A stretch of DNA of 64,000 nt from positions 30,814,001 through 30,878,000 of the forward strand of contig OZ024744.1 of the NCBI GenBank assembly GCA_964016885.1. The letters run 5' to 3'. The stretch is from Eledone cirrhosa. Its lineage: Eukaryota. This document shows positions 1-15,800 of the stretch, piece after piece (the stretch's first letter is position 1; every line of letters starts with the position of its first letter). The translations under genes were made by a program, and so were the position numbers. The notes under the pieces are model-generated. The model made no database searches. It was given only the letters and a program-made list of their open reading frames with translations, and was not told the origin of the DNA.

Positions 1-156
1 TTTGATACCCAGATTCCTGATGAATTCTAAAGAATGAAACAGTTCTAGTCCTGTAGAATCTCATCTATAGTAACATTTTTGATACCCTGATTCCTGATGA
101 TTTCTAAAGAATGAAACAGTTCTAGTCATCTAAAATCTCATCTATATTAACATTTT

Positions 157-228
157 TTGATACCCAGATTCCTGATGAATTCTAAAGAATGAAACAGTTC
201 AAGTCCTGTAGAATCTCATCTATATTAA
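157..228 (+). ncRNA. Worked example of one satellite hammerhead (fully paired stem II variant); predicted cleavage after A210
   Basis: TTGATA 157-162 pairs with TATTAA 223-228 (one G.U); internal loop CCC/CATCTA; AGATTC 166-171 pairs with GAATCT 211-216; CTGATGA 172-178; ATTC 179-182 pairs with GAAT 187-190; GAAA 191-194; CAG 195-197 pairs with CTG 206-208; TA 209-210. Confidence 0.88.
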
Positions 229-3200
229 CATTTTTGATACCCAGATTCCTGATGATTTCTAAAGAATGAAACAGTTCTAGTCCTGTAGAATCTCATGTTT
301 ATTAACAATTTTTGATACCCAGATTCCTGATGATTTCTAAAGAATGAAACAGTTCTAGTCCTGTAGAATCTCATGTATATTAACAATTTTTGATACCCAG
401 ATTCCTGATGATTTCTAAAGAATGAAACAGTTCTAGTCCTGTAGAATCTCATCTATATTAACATTTTTTGATACCCAGATTCCTGATGAATTCTAAAGAA
501 TGAAACAGTTCTAGTCCTGTAGAATCTCATCTATAGTAACATTTTTGATACCCTGATTCCTGATGATTTCTAAATAATGAAACAGTTCTAGTCATCTAGA
601 ATCTCATCTATATTAACATTTTTTGATACCCAGATTCCTGATGAATTCTAAAGAATGAAACAGTTCAAGTCCTGTAGAATCTCATCTATATTAACATTTT
701 TGATACCCTGATTCCTGACGATTTCTAAATAATGAAACAGTTCTAGTCATCTAGAATCTCATCTATATTAACATTTTTTGATACCCAGATTCCTGATGAA
801 TTCTAAAGAATGAAACAGTTCAAGTCCTGTAGAATCTCATCTATATTAACATTTTTGATACCCAGATTCCTGATGATTTCTAAAGAATGAAACAGTTCTA
901 GTCCTGTAGAATCTCATCTATATTAACAATTTTTGATACCCAGATTCCTGATGATTTCTAAAGAATGAAACAGTTCTAGTCCTGTAGAATCTCATCTATA
1001 TATAAATTTTTTGATACCCAGATTCCTGATAATTTCTAAAGAATGAAACAGTTCTAGTCCTGTAGAATCTCATCTATATTAACATTTTTGATACCCAGAT
1101 TCCTGATGATTTCTAAAGAATGAAACAGTTGTAGTCCTGTAGAATCTCATCTATATTAACATTTTTTGATACCCAGATTTCTGATAATTTCTAAAGAATG
1201 AAACAGATCTAGTCCTGTAGAATCTCATCTATATTAAAAATTTTTGATACCCAGATTCCTGATAATTTGTAGAGAATGAAACAGTTCTAGTCCTGTAGAA
1301 ACTCATCTATATTAAAATTTTTTGATACCCAGATTCCTGATGATTTCTAAAGAATGAAACAGATCTAGTCCTGTAGAATCTCATCTATATTAACATTTTT
1401 TGATACCCAGATTCCTGATGATTTCTAAAGAATGAAACAGTTCTAGTCCTGTAGAATCTCATCTATATTAACATTTTTTGATACCCAGATTCCTGATGAA
1501 TTCTAAAGAATGAAACAGTTCTAGTCCTGTAGAATCTCATCTATAGTAACATTTTTGATACCCTGATTCCTGATGATTTCTAAAGAATGAAACAGTTCTA
1601 GTCATCTAGAATCTCATCTATATTAACATTTTTTGATACCCAGATTCCTGATGAATTCTAAAGAATGAAACAGTTCAAGTCCTGTAGAATCTCATCTATA
1701 TTAACATTTTTGATACCCAGATTCCTGATGATTTCTAAAGAATGAAACAGTTCTAGTCCTGTAGAATCTCATGTATATTAACAATTTTTGATACCCAAAT
1801 TCCTGATGATTTCTAAAGAATGAAACAGTTCTAGTCCTGTAGAATCTCATATACATTAAATTTTTTAGATACCCAGATTCCTGATGATTTCTAAAGAATG
1901 AAACAGTTCTAGTCATCTAGAATCTCATCTATATTAACATTTTTTGATACCCAGATTCCTGATGAATTCTAAAGAATGAAACAGTTCTAGTCCTGTAGAA
2001 TCTCATCTATATTAACATTTTTTGATACCCTGATTCCTGATGAATTCTAAAGAATGAAACAGTTCTAGTCCTGTAGAATCTCATCTATATTAACATTTTT
2101 GATACCCTGATTCCTGATGATTTCTAAATAATGAAACAGTTCTAGTCATCTAGAATCTCATCTATATTAACATTTTTTGATACCCAGATTCCTGATGAAT
2201 TCTAAAGAATGAAACAGTTCAAGTCCTGTAGAATCTCATCTATATTAACATTTTTGATACCCAGATTCCTGATGATTTCTAAAGAATGAAACAGTTCTAG
2301 TCCTGTAGAATCTCATGTATATTAACAATTTTTGATACCCAGATTCCTGATGATTTCTAAAGAATGAAACAGTTCTAGTCCTGTAGAATCTCATCCATAT
2401 TAAAATTTTTTGATACCGAGATTCCTGATAATTTGTAAAGAATGAAACAGTTCTAGTCCTGTAGAATCTCATCTATATTAACATTTTTTCACACCCAGAT
2501 TCCTGATGATTTCTAAAGAATGAAACAGTTCTAGTCCTGTAGAATCTCATCCATATTAAAAATTTTTGATACCCAGATTCCTGATAATTTGTAAAGAATG
2601 AAACAGTTCTAGTCCTGTAGAATCTCATCTATATTAAAAATTCTTGATACCCAGATTCCTGATGATTTCTAAAGAATGAAACAGTTCTAGTCCTGTAGAA
2701 TCTCATCTATATTAACATTTTTTGATAACCAGATTCCTGATGATTTCTAAAGAATGAAACAGTCCTAGTCCTGTAGAATCTCATCTACATTAAATTTTTT
2801 AGATACCCAGATTCCTGATGATTTCTAAAGAATGAAACAGTTCTAGTCCTGTAGAATCTCATCTATATTAACATTTTTTGATACCCAGATTCCTGATGAT
2901 TTCTAAAGAATGAAACAGTTCTAGTCCTTTAGAATCTCATCCATATTAAAATTTGTTGATACCCAGATTCCTGATAATTTGTAAAGAATGAAACAGTTCT
3001 AGTCCTGTAGAATCTCATCTATATTAAAAATTTTTGATACCCAGATTCCTGATGATTTCTAAAGAATGAAACTGTTCTAGTCCTGTAGAATCTCATCTAT
3101 ATTAACATTTTTTGATACACAGATTCCTGATGATTTCTAAAGAATGAAACTGTTCTAGTCCTGTAGAATCTCATCTATATTAACATTTTTTGATACCCAG

Positions 3201-6200
3201 ATTCCTGATGATTTCTAAAGAATGAAACAGTTCTAGTCCTGTAGAATCTCATCTATATTAACATTTTTTGATACCCAGATTCCTGATGAATTCTAAAGAA
3301 TGAAACAGTTCAAGTCCTGTAGAATCTCATCTATATTAACATTTTTGATACACTGATTCCTGATGATTTCTAAATAATGAAACAGTTCTAGTCATCTAGA
3401 ATCTCATCTATATTAACATTTTTTGATACCCAGATTCCTGATGAATTCTAAAGAATGAAACAGTTCAAGTCCTGTAGAATCTCATCTATATTAACATTTT
3501 TGATACCCAGATTCCTGATGATTTCTAAAGAATGAAACAGTTCTAGTCCTGTAGAATCTCATGTATATTAACAATTTTTGATACCCAGATTCCTGATGAT
3601 TTCTAAAGAATGAAACAGTTCTAGTCCTGTAGAATCTCATCTATATATAAATTTTTTGATACCCAGATTCCTGATAATTTCTAAAGAATGAAACAGTTCT
3701 AGTCCTGTAGAATCTCATCTATATTAACATTTTTGATACCCAGATTCCTGATGATTTCTAAAGAATGAAACAGTTGTAGTCCTGTAGAATCTCATCTATA
3801 TTAACATTTTTTGATACCCAGATTTCTGATAATTTCTAAAGAATGAAACAGATCTAGTCCTGTAGAATCTCATCTATATTAAAAATTTTTGATACCCAGA
3901 TTCCTGATAATTTGTAGAGAATGAAACAGTTCTAGTCCTGTAGAAACTCATCTATATTAAAATTTTTTGATACCCAGATTCCTGATGATTTCTAAAGAAT
4001 GAAACAGATCTAGTCCTGTAGAATCTCATCTATATTAAAATTTTTTGATACCCAGATTCCTGATGAATTCTAAAGAATGAAACAGTTCAAGTCCTGTAGA
4101 ATCTCATCTATATTAACATTTTTGATACCCAGATTCTTGATGATTTCTAAAGAATGAAACAGTTCTAGTCCTGTAGAATCTCATGTATATTAACAATTTT
4201 TGATACCCAAATTCCTGATGATTTCTAAAGAATGAAACAGTTCTAGTCCTGTAGAATCTCATATACATTAAATTTTTTTGATACCCAGATTCCTGATGAT
4301 TTCTAAAGAATGAAACAGTTCTAGTCATCTAGAATCTCATCTATATTAACATTTTTTGATACCCAGATTCCTGATGAATTCTAAAGAATGAAACAGTTCT
4401 AGTCCTGTAGTATCTCATCTATATTAACATTTTTTGATACCCCGATTCCTGATGAATTCTAAAGAATGAAACAGTTCTAGTCCTGTAGAATCTCATCTAT
4501 ATTAACATTTTTGATACCCTGATTCCTGATGATTTCTAAATAATGAAACAGTTCTAGTCATCTAGAATCTCATCTATATTAACATTTTTTGATACCCAGA
4601 TTCCTGATGAATTCTAAAGAATGAAACAGTTCAAGTCCTGTAGAATCTCATCTATATTAACATTTTTGATACCCAGATTCCTGATGATTTCTAAAGAATG
4701 AAACAGTTCTAGTCCTGTAGAATCTCATGTATATTAACAATTTTTGATACCCAGATTCCTGATGATTTCTAAAGAATGAAACAGTTCTAGTCCTGTAGAA
4801 TCTCATCTATATATAAATTTTTTGATACCCAGATTCCTGATAATTTCTAAAGAATGAAACAGTTCTAGTCCTGTAGAATCTCATCTATATTAACATTTTT
4901 GATACCCAGATTCCTGATGATTTCTAAAGAATGAAACAGTTGTAGTCCTGTAGAATCTCATCTATATTAACATTTTTTGATACCCAGATTTCTGATAATT
5001 TCTAAAGAATGAAACAGATCTAGTCCTGTAGAATCTCATTTATATTAACATTTTTTGATACCCAGATTCCTGATAATTTGTAATGAATGAAACAGTTCTA
5101 GTCCTGTAGAATCTCATCTATATTAAAATTTTTTGATACCCAGATTCCTGATGATTTCTAAAGAATGAAACAGATCTAGTCCTGTAGAATCTCATCTATA
5201 TTAAAATTTTTTGATACCCAGATTCCTGATGATTTCTAAAGAATGAGACAGTTCTAGTCCTGTAGAATCTCATCTATATTAACATTTTTTGATACCCAGA
5301 TTCCTGATGAATTCTAAAGAATGAAACAGTTCAAGTCCTGTAGAATCTCATCTATATTAACATTTTTGATACCCAGATTCCTGATGATTTCTAAAGAATG
5401 AAACAGTTCTAGTCCTGTAGAATCTCATGTATATTAACAATTTTTGATACCCAGATTCCTGATGATTTCTAAACAATGAAACAGTTCTAGTCCTGTAGAA
5501 TCTCATCTACATTAAATTCTTTAGATACCCAGATTCCTGATGATTTCTAAAGAATGAAACAGTTGTAGTCCTTTAGAATCTCATCCATATTAAAATTTTT
5601 TGATACCCAGATTCCTGATGAATTCTAAAGAATGAAACAGTTCTGGTCCTGTAGAATCTCATCTATATTAACATTTTTGATACCCTGATTCCTGATGATT
5701 TCTAAAGAATGAAACAGTTCTAGTCATCTAGAATCTCATCTATATTAACATTTTTTGATACCCAGATTCCTGATGAATTCTAAAGAATGAAACAGTTCAA
5801 GTCCTGTAGAATCTCATCTATATTAACATTTTTGATACCCAGATTCCTGATGATTTCTAAAGAATGAAACAGTTCTAGTCCTGTAGAATCTCATGTATAT
5901 TAACAATTTTTGATACCCAGATTCCTGATAATTTGTAAAGAATGAAACAGTTCTAGTCCTGTAGAATCTCATCTATATTAACATTTTTTCACACCCAGAT
6001 TCCTGATGATTTCTAAAGAATGAAACAGTTCTAGTCCTGTAGAATCTCATCTATATTAACATTTTTTGATACCCAGATTCCTGATGATTTCTAAAGAATG
6101 AAACAGTTCTAGTCCAGTAGAATCTCATCTATATTAAAATTTTTTGATACCCCGATTCCTGATGATTTCTAAAGAATGAAACAGTTCTAGTCCTGTAGAA

Positions 6201-9200
6201 TCTCATCTATATTAAAATTTTTGGACACCGAGATTCCTGATGATTTCTAAAGAATGAAACAGTTCTAGTCCTGTAGAATCTCATCCATATTAAAAATTTT
6301 TGATACCCAGATTCCTGATAATTTGTAAAGAATGAAACAGTTCTAGTCCTGTAGAATCTCATCTATATTAACATTTTTTGATACCCAGATTCCTGATGGT
6401 TTCTAAAGAATGAAACAGTTCTAGTCCTGTAGAATCTCATCTATATTAACATTTTTTGATACCCAGATTCCTGATGAATTCTAAAGAATGAAAGAGTTCT
6501 AGTCCTGTAGAATCTCATCTATATTAACATTTTTGATACCCAGATTCCTGATGATTTCTAAAGAATGAAACAGTTCTAGTCCTCTAGAATCTCATCTATA
6601 TTAAGATTTTTCGATACCCAGATTCCTGATGAATTCTAAAGAATGAAACAGTTCAAGTCCTGTAGAATCTCATCTATATTAACATTTTTGATACCCAGAT
6701 TCCTGATGATTTCTAAACAATGAAACAGTTATAGTCCTGTAGAATCTCATCTACATTAAATTTTTTAGATACCCAGATTCCTGATGATTTCTAAAGAATG
6801 AAACAGTTCTAGTCCTGTAGAATCTCATCTATATTAACATTTTTTGATACCCAGATTCCTGATGATTTCTAAAGAATGAAACAGTTCTAGTCCTTTAGAA
6901 TCTCATCCATATTAAAATTTGTTGATACCCAGATTTCTGATAATTTCTAAAGAATGAAACAGTTCTAGTCATCTAGAATCTCATCTATGTATAAATTTTT
7001 TGATACCCAGATTCCTGATGGTTTCTAAAGAATGAAACAGTTCTAGTCCTGTAGAATCTCATGTATATTAACAATTTTTGATACCCAGATTCCTGATGAT
7101 TTCTAAAGAATGAAACAGTTCTAGTCCTGTAGAATCTCATCTATATTAACATTTTTTGATACCCAGATTCCTGATGGTTTCTAAAGAATGAAACAGTTCT
7201 AGTCCTGTAGAATCTCATCTATATTAACATTTTTTGATACCCAGATTCCTGATGATTTCTAAAGAATGAAACAGATCTAGTCCTGTAGAATCTCATCTAT
7301 ATTAAAATTTTTTGATACCCAGATTCCTGATGATTTCTAAAGAATGAAACAGTTCTAGTCCTGTAGAATCTCATGTATATTAACAATTTTTGATACCCAG
7401 ATTCCTGATGATTTCTAAAGAATGAAACAGTTCTAGTCCTGTAGAATCTCATCTATATATAAATTTTTTGATACCCAGATTCCTGATAATTTCTAAAGAA
7501 TGAAACAGTTCTAGTCCTGTAGAATCTCATCTATATTAACATTTTTGATACCCAGATTCCTGATGATTTCTAAAGAATGAAACAGTTGTAGTCCTGTAGA
7601 ATCTCATCTATATTAACATTTTTTGATACCCAGATTTCTGATAATTTCTAAAGAATGAAACAGATCTAGTCCTGTAGAATCTCATCTATATTAAAAATTT
7701 TTGATACCCAGATTCCTGATAATTTGTAGAGAATGAAACAGTTCTAGTCCTGTAGAAACTCATCTATATTAAAATTTTTTGATACCCAGATTCCTGATGA
7801 TTTCTAAAGAATGAAACAGATCTAGTCCTGTAGAATCTCATCTATATTAACATTTTTTGATACCCAGATTCCTGATGATTTCTAAAGAATGAAACAGTTC
7901 TAGTCCTGTAGAATCTCATCTATATTAACATTTTTTGATACCCAGATTCCTGATGAATTCTAAAGAATGAAACAGTTCTAGTCCTGTAGAATCTCATCTA
8001 TAGTAACATTTTTGATACCCTGATTCCTGATGATTTCTAAAGAATGAAACAGTTCTAGTCATCTAGAATCTCATCTATATTAACATTTTTTGATACCCAG
8101 ATTCCTGATGAATTCTAAAGAATGAAACAGTTCAAGTCCTGTAGAATCTCATCTATATTAACATTTTTGATACCCAGATTCCTGATGATTTCTAAAGAAT
8201 GAAACAGTTCTAGTCCTGTAGAATCTCATGTATATTAACAATTTTTGATACCCAAATTCCTGATGATTTCTAAAGAATGAAACAGTTCTAGTCCTGTAGA
8301 ATCTCATATACATTAAATTTTTTAGATACCCAGATTCCTGATGATTTCTAAAGAATGAAACAGTTCTAGTCATCTAGAATCTCATCTATATTAACATTTT
8401 TTGATACCCAGATTCCTGATGAATTCTAAAGAATGAAACAGTTCTAGTCCTGTAGAATCTCATCTATATTAACATTTTTTGATACCCTGATTCCTGATGA
8501 ATTCTAAAGAATGAAACAGTTCTAGTCCTGTAGAATCTCATCCATATTAAAATTTTTTGATACCCAGATTCCTGATAATTTGTAAAGAATGAAACAGTTC
8601 TAGTCCTGTAGAATCTCATCTATATTAACATTTTTGATACCCTGATTCCTGATGATTTCTAAATAATGAAACAGTTCTAGTCATCTAGAATCTCATCTAT
8701 ATTAACATTTTTTGATACCCAGATTCCTGATGAATTCTAAAGAATGAAACAGTTCAAGTCCTGTAGAATCTCATCTATATTAACATTTTTGATACCCAGA
8801 TTCCTGATGATTTCTAAAGAATGAAACAGTTCTAGTCCTGTAGAATCTCATCCATATTAAAATTTTTTGATACCCAGATTCCTGATAATTTGTAAAGAAT
8901 GAAACAGTTCTAGTCCTGTAGAATCTCATCTATATTAACATTTTTTCACACCCAGATTCCTGATGATTTCTAAAGAATGAAACAGTTCTAGTCCTGTAGA
9001 ATCTCATCCATATTAAAAATTTTTGATACCCAGATTCCTGATAATTTGTAAAGAATGAAACAGTTCTAGTCCTGTAGAATCTCATCTATATTAAAAATTC
9101 TTGATACCCAGATTCCTGATGATTTCTAAAGAATGAAACAGTTCTAGTCCTGTAGAATCTCATCTATATTAACATTTTTTGATAACCAGATTCCTGATGA

Positions 9201-12200
9201 TTTCTAAAGAATGAAACAGTCCTAGTCCTGTAGAATCTCATCTACATTAAATTTTTTAGATACCCAGATTCCTGATGATTTCTAAAGAATGAAACAGTTC
9301 TAGTCCTGTAGAATCTCATCTATATTAACATTTTTTGATACCCAGATTCCTGATGATTTCTAAAGAATGAAACAGTTCTAGTCCTTTAGAATCTCATCCA
9401 TATTAAAATTTGTTGATACCCAGATTCCTGATAATTTGTAAAGAATGAAACAGTTCTAGTCCTGTAGAATCTCATCTATATTAAAAATTTTTGATACCCA
9501 GATTCCTGATGATTTCTAAAGAATGAAACTGTTCTAGTCCTGTAGAATCTCATCTATATTAACATTTTTTGATACACAGATTCCTGATGATTTCTAAAGA
9601 ATGAAACTGTTCTAGTCCTGTAGAATCTCATCTATATTAACATTTTTTGATACCCAGATTCCTGATGATTTCTAAAGAATGAAACAGTTCTAGTCCTGTA
9701 GAATCTCATCTATATTAACATTTTTTGATACCCAGATTCCTGATGAATTCTAAAGAATGAAACAGTTCTAGTCCTGTAGAATCTCATCTATAGTAACATT
9801 TTTGATACCCTGATTCCTGATGATTTCTAAAGAATGAAACAGTTCTAGTCATCTAGAATCTCATCTATATTAACATTTTTTGATACCCAGATTCCTGATG
9901 AATTCTAAAGAATGAAACAGTTCAAGTCCTGTAGAATCTCATCTATATTAACATTTTTGATACCCAGATTCCTGATGATTTCTAAAGAATGAAACAGTTC
10001 TAGTCCTGTAGAATCTCATGTATATTAACAATTTTTGATACCCAGATTCCTGATGATTTCTAAAGAATGAAACAGTTCTAGTCCTGTAGAATCTCATGTA
10101 TATTAACAATTTTTGATACCCAGATTCCTGATGATTTCTAAAGAATGAAACAGTTCTAGTCCTGTAGAATCTCATCTATATTAAAATTTTTTGATACCCA
10201 GATTCCTGATGAATTCTAAAGAATGAAACAGTTCTAGTCCTGTAGAATCTCATCTATAGTAACATTTTTGATACCCTGATTCCTGATGATTTCTAAAGAA
10301 TGAAACAGTTCTAGTCATCTAGAATCTCATCTATATTAACATTTTTTGATACCCAGATTCCTGATGAATTCTAAAGAATGAAACAGTTCTAGTCCTGTAG
10401 AATCTCATCTATATTAACATTTTTGATACCCTGATTCCTGATGATTTCTAAATAATGAAACAGTTCTAGTCATCTAGAATCTCATCTATATTAACATTTT
10501 TTGATACCCAGATTCCTGATGAATTCTAAAGAATGAAACAGTTCAAGTCCTGTAGAATCTCATCTATATTAACATTTTTGATACACTGATTCCTGATGAT
10601 TTCTAAATAATGAAACAGTTCTAGTCATCTAGAATCTCATCTATATTAACATTTTTTGATACCCAGATTCCTGATGAATTCTAAAGAATGAAACAGTTCA
10701 AGTCCTGTAGAATCTCATCTATATTAACATTTTTGATACCCAGATTCCTGATGATTTCTAAAGAATGAAACAGTTCTAGTCCTGTAGAATCTCATGTATA
10801 TTAACAATTTTTGATACCCAGATTCCTGATGATTTCTAAAGAATGAAACAGTTCTAGTCCTGTAGAATCTCATCTATATATAAATTTTTTGATACCCAGA
10901 TTCCTGATAATTTCTAAAGAATGAAACAGTTCTAGTCCTGTAGAATCTCATCTATATTAACATTTTTGATACCCAGATTCCTGATGATTTCTAAAGAATG
11001 AAACAGTTGTAGTCCTGTAGAATCTCATCTATATTAACATTTTTTGATACCCAGATTTCTGATAATTTCTAAAGAATGAAACAGATCTAGTCCTGTAGAA
11101 TCTCATCTATATTAAAAATTTTTGATACCCAGATTCCTGATAATTTGTAGAGAATGAAACAGTTCTAGTCCTGTAGAAACTCATCTATATTAAAATTTTT
11201 TGATACCCAGATTCCTGATGATTTCTAAAGAATGAAACAGATCTAGTCCTGTAGAATCTCATCTATATTAAAATTTTTTGATACCCAGATTCCTGATGAA
11301 TTCTAAAGAATGAAACAGTTCAAGTCCTGTAGAATCTCATCTATATTAACATTTTTGATACCCAGATTCCTGATGATTTCTAAAAATGAAACAGTTCTAG
11401 TCCTGTAGAATCTCATGTATATTAACAATTTTTGATACCCAAATTCCTGATGATTTCTAAAGAATGAAACAGTTCTAGTCCTGTAGAATCTCATATACAT
11501 TAAATTTTTTTGATACCCAGATTCCTGATGATTTCTAAAGAATGAAACAGTTCTAGTCATCTAGAATCTCATCTATATTAACATTTTTTGATACCCAGAT
11601 TCCTGATGAATTCTAAAGAATGAAACAGTTCTAGTCCTGTAGAATCTCATCTATATTAACATTTTTTGATACCCCGATTCCTGATGAATTCTAAAGAATG
11701 AAACAGTTCTAGTCCTGTAGAATCTCATCTATATTAACATTTTTGATACCCTGATTCCTGATGATTTCTAAATAATGAAACAGTTCTAGTCATCTAGAAT
11801 CTCATCTATATTAACATTTTTTGATACCCAGATTCCTGATGAATTCTAAAGAATGAAACAGTTCAAGTCCTGTAGAATCTCATCTATATTAACATTTTTG
11901 ATACCCAGATTCCTGATGATTTCTAAAGAATGAAACAGTTCTAGTCCTGTAGAATCTCATGTATATTAACAATTTTTGATACCCAGATTCCTGATGATTT
12001 CTAAAGAATGAAACAGTTCTAGTCCTGTAGAATCTCATCTATATATAAATTTTTTGATACCCAGATTCCTGATAATTTCTAAAGAATGAAACAGTTCTAG
12101 TCCTGTAGAATCTCATCTATATTAACATTTTTGATACCCAGATTCCTGATGATTTCTAAAGAATGAAACAGTTGTAGTCCTGTAGAATCTCATCTATATT

Positions 12201-12849
12201 AACATTTTTTGATACCCAGATTTCTGATAATTTCTAAAGAATGAAACAGATCTAGTCCTGTAGAATCTCATTTATATTAACATTTTTTGATACCCAGATT
12301 CCTGATAATTTGTAATGAATGAAACAGTTCTAGTCCTGTAGAATCTCATCTATATTAAAATTTTTTGATAGCCAGATTCCTGATGATTTCTAAAGAATGA
12401 AACAGATCTTGTCCTGTAGAATCTCATCTATATTAAAATTTTTTGATACCCAGATTCCTGATGATTTCTAAAGAATGAGACAGTTCTAGTCCTGTAGAAT
12501 CTCATCTATATTAACATTTTTTGATACCCAGATTCCTGATGAATTCTAAAGAATGAAACAGTTCAAGTCCTGTAGAATCTCATCTATATTAACATTTTTG
12601 ATACCCAGATTCCTGATGATTTCTAAAGAATGAAACAGTTCTAGTCCTGTAGAATCTCATGTATATTAACAATTTTTGATACCCAGATTCCTGATGATTT
12701 CTAAACAATGAAACAGTTCTAGTCCTGTAGAATCTCATCTACATTAAATTCTTTAGATACCCAGATTCCTGATGATTTCTAAAGAATGAAACAGTTGTAG
12801 TCCTTTAGAATCTCATCCATATTAAAATTTTTTGATACCCAGATTCCTG

Positions 12850-15800
12850 ATGATTTCTAAAGAATGAAACTGTTCTAGTCCTGTAAAATCTCATCTATAT
12901 TAACATTTTTTGATACCCAGATTCCTGATGAATTCTAAAGAATGAAACAGTTCTAGTCCTGTAGAATCTCATCTATATTAACATTTTTTGATACCCAGAT
13001 TCCTGATGAATTCTAAAGAATGAAACAGTTCTGGTCCTGTAGAATCTCATCTATATTAACATTTTTGATACCCTGATTCCTGATGATTTCTAAAGAATGA
13101 AACAGTTCTAGTCATCTAGAATCTCATCTATATTAACATTTTTTGATACCCAGATTCCTGATGAATTCTAAAGAATGAAACAGTTCAAGTCCTGTAGAAT
13201 CTCATCTATATTAACATTTTTGATACCCAGATTCCTGATGATTTCTAAAGAATGAAACAGTTCTAGTCCTGTAGAATCTCATGTATATTAACAATTTTTG
13301 ATACCCAGATTCCTGATAATTTGTAAAGAATGAAACAGTTCTAGTCCTGTAGAATCTCATCTATATTAACATTTTTTCACACCCAGATTCCTGATGATTT
13401 CTAAAGAATGAAACAGTTCTAGTCCTGTAGAATCTCATCTATATTAACATTTTTTGATACCCAGATTCCTGATGATTTCTAAAGAATGAAACAGTTCTAG
13501 TCCAGTAGAATCTCATCTATATTAAAATTTTTTGATACCCCGATTCCTGATGATTTCTAAAGAATGAAACAGTTCTAGTCCTGTAGAATCTCATCTATAT
13601 TAAAATTTTTGGACACCGAGATTCCTGATGATTTCTAAAGAATGAAACAGTTCTAGTCCTGTAGAATCTCATCCATATTAAAAATTTTTGATACCCAGAT
13701 TCCTGATAATTTGTAAAGAATGAAACAGTTCTAGTCCTGTAGAATCTCATCTATATTAACATTTTTTGATACCCAGATTCCTGATGGTTTCTAAAGAATG
13801 AAACAGTTCTAGTCCTGTAGAATCTCATCTATATAAACATTTTTTGATACCCAGATTCCTGATTAATTCTAAAGAATGAAAGAGTTCTAGTCCTGTAGAA
13901 TCTCATGTATATTAACATTTTTGATACCCAGATTCCTGATGATTTCTAAAGAATGAAACAGTTCTAGTCCTCTAGAATCTCATCTATATTAAGATTTTTC
14001 GATACCCAGATTCCTGATGAATTCTAAAGAATGATACAGTTCAAGTCCTGTAGAATCTCATCTATATTAACATTTTTGATACCCAGATTCCTGATGATTT
14101 CTAAACAATGAAACAGTTATAGTCCTGTAGAATCTCATCTACATTAAATTTTTTAGATACCCAGATTCCTGATGATTTCTAAAGAATGAAACAGTTCTAG
14201 TCCTGTAGAATCTCATCTATATTAACATTTTTTGATACCCAGATTCCTGATGATTTCTAAAGAATGAAACAGTTCTAGTCCTTTAGAATCTCATCCATAT
14301 TAAAATTTGTTGATACCCAGATTTCTGATAATTTCTAAAGAATGAAACAGTTCTAGTCATCTAGAATCTCATCTATGTATAAATTTTTTGATACCCAGAT
14401 TCCTGATAATTTCTAAAGAATGAAACAGTTCTAGTCCTGTAGAATCTCATCTATATTAACATTTTTTGATACCCAGATTTCTGATAATTTCTAAAGAATG
14501 AAACAGATCTAGTCCTGTAGAATCTCATCTATATTAAAATTTTTAGATACCCAGATTCCTGATAATTTGTAAAGAATGAAACAGTTCTAGTCCTGTAGAA
14601 TCTCATCTATATTAAAATTTTTTGATACCCAGATTCCTGATGATTTCTAAAGAATGAAACAGATCTAGTCCTGTAGAATCTCATCTATATTAAAATTTTT
14701 TGATACCCAGATTCCTGATGATTTCTAAAGAATGAAACAGTTCTAGTCCTGTAGAATCTCATCAATATTTACATTTTTTGATACCCAGATTCCTGATGAT
14801 TTCTAAAGAATGAAACAGTTCTAGTCCTGTAGAATCTCATCTATATTAACATTTTTTGATACCCAGATTCCTGATGAATTCTAAAGAATGAAACAGTTCA
14901 AGTCCTGTAGAATCTCATCTATATTAACATTTTTGATACCCAGATTCCTGATGATTTCTAAAGAATGAAACAGTTCTAGTCCTGTAGAATCTCATGTATA
15001 TTAACAATTTTTGATACCCAGATTCCTGATGATTTCTAAACAATGAAACAGTTCTAGTCCTGTAGAATCTCATCTACATTAAATGTTTTAGATACCCAGA
15101 TTCCTGATGATTTCTAAAGAATGAAACAGTTCTAGTCCTGTAGAATCTCATGTATATTAACATTTTTTGATACCCAGATTCCTGATGATTTCTAAAGAAT
15201 GAAACAGTTGTAGTCCTTTAGAATCTCATCCATATTAAATTTTTTAGATACCCAGATTCCTGATGATTTCTAAAGAATGAAACAGTTCTAGTCCTGTAGA
15301 ATCTCATCTATATTAACATTTTTTGATACCCAGATTCCTGATGATTTCTAAAGAATGAAACAGTTCTAGTCCTCTAGAATCTCATCTATATTAACATTTT
15401 TTGATACCCAGATTCCTGATGATTTCTAAAGAATGAAACAGTTGTAGTCGTTTAGAATCTCATCCATATTCAAAATTTTTGATACCCAGATTCCTGATGA
15501 TTTCTAAAGAATGAAACTGTTCTAGTCCTGTAGAATCTCATCTATATTAACATTTTTTGATACCCAGATTCCTGATGAATTCTAAAGAATGAAACAGTTC
15601 TAGTCCTGTAGAATCTCATCTATATTAACATTTTTTGATACCCAGATTCCTGATGAATTCTAAAGAATGAAACAGTTCTAGTCCTGTAGAATCTCATCTA
15701 TATTAACATTTTTGATACCCTGATTCCTGATGATTTCTAAAGAATGAAACAGTTCTAGTCATCTAGAATCTCATCTATATTAATATTTTTTGATACCCAG

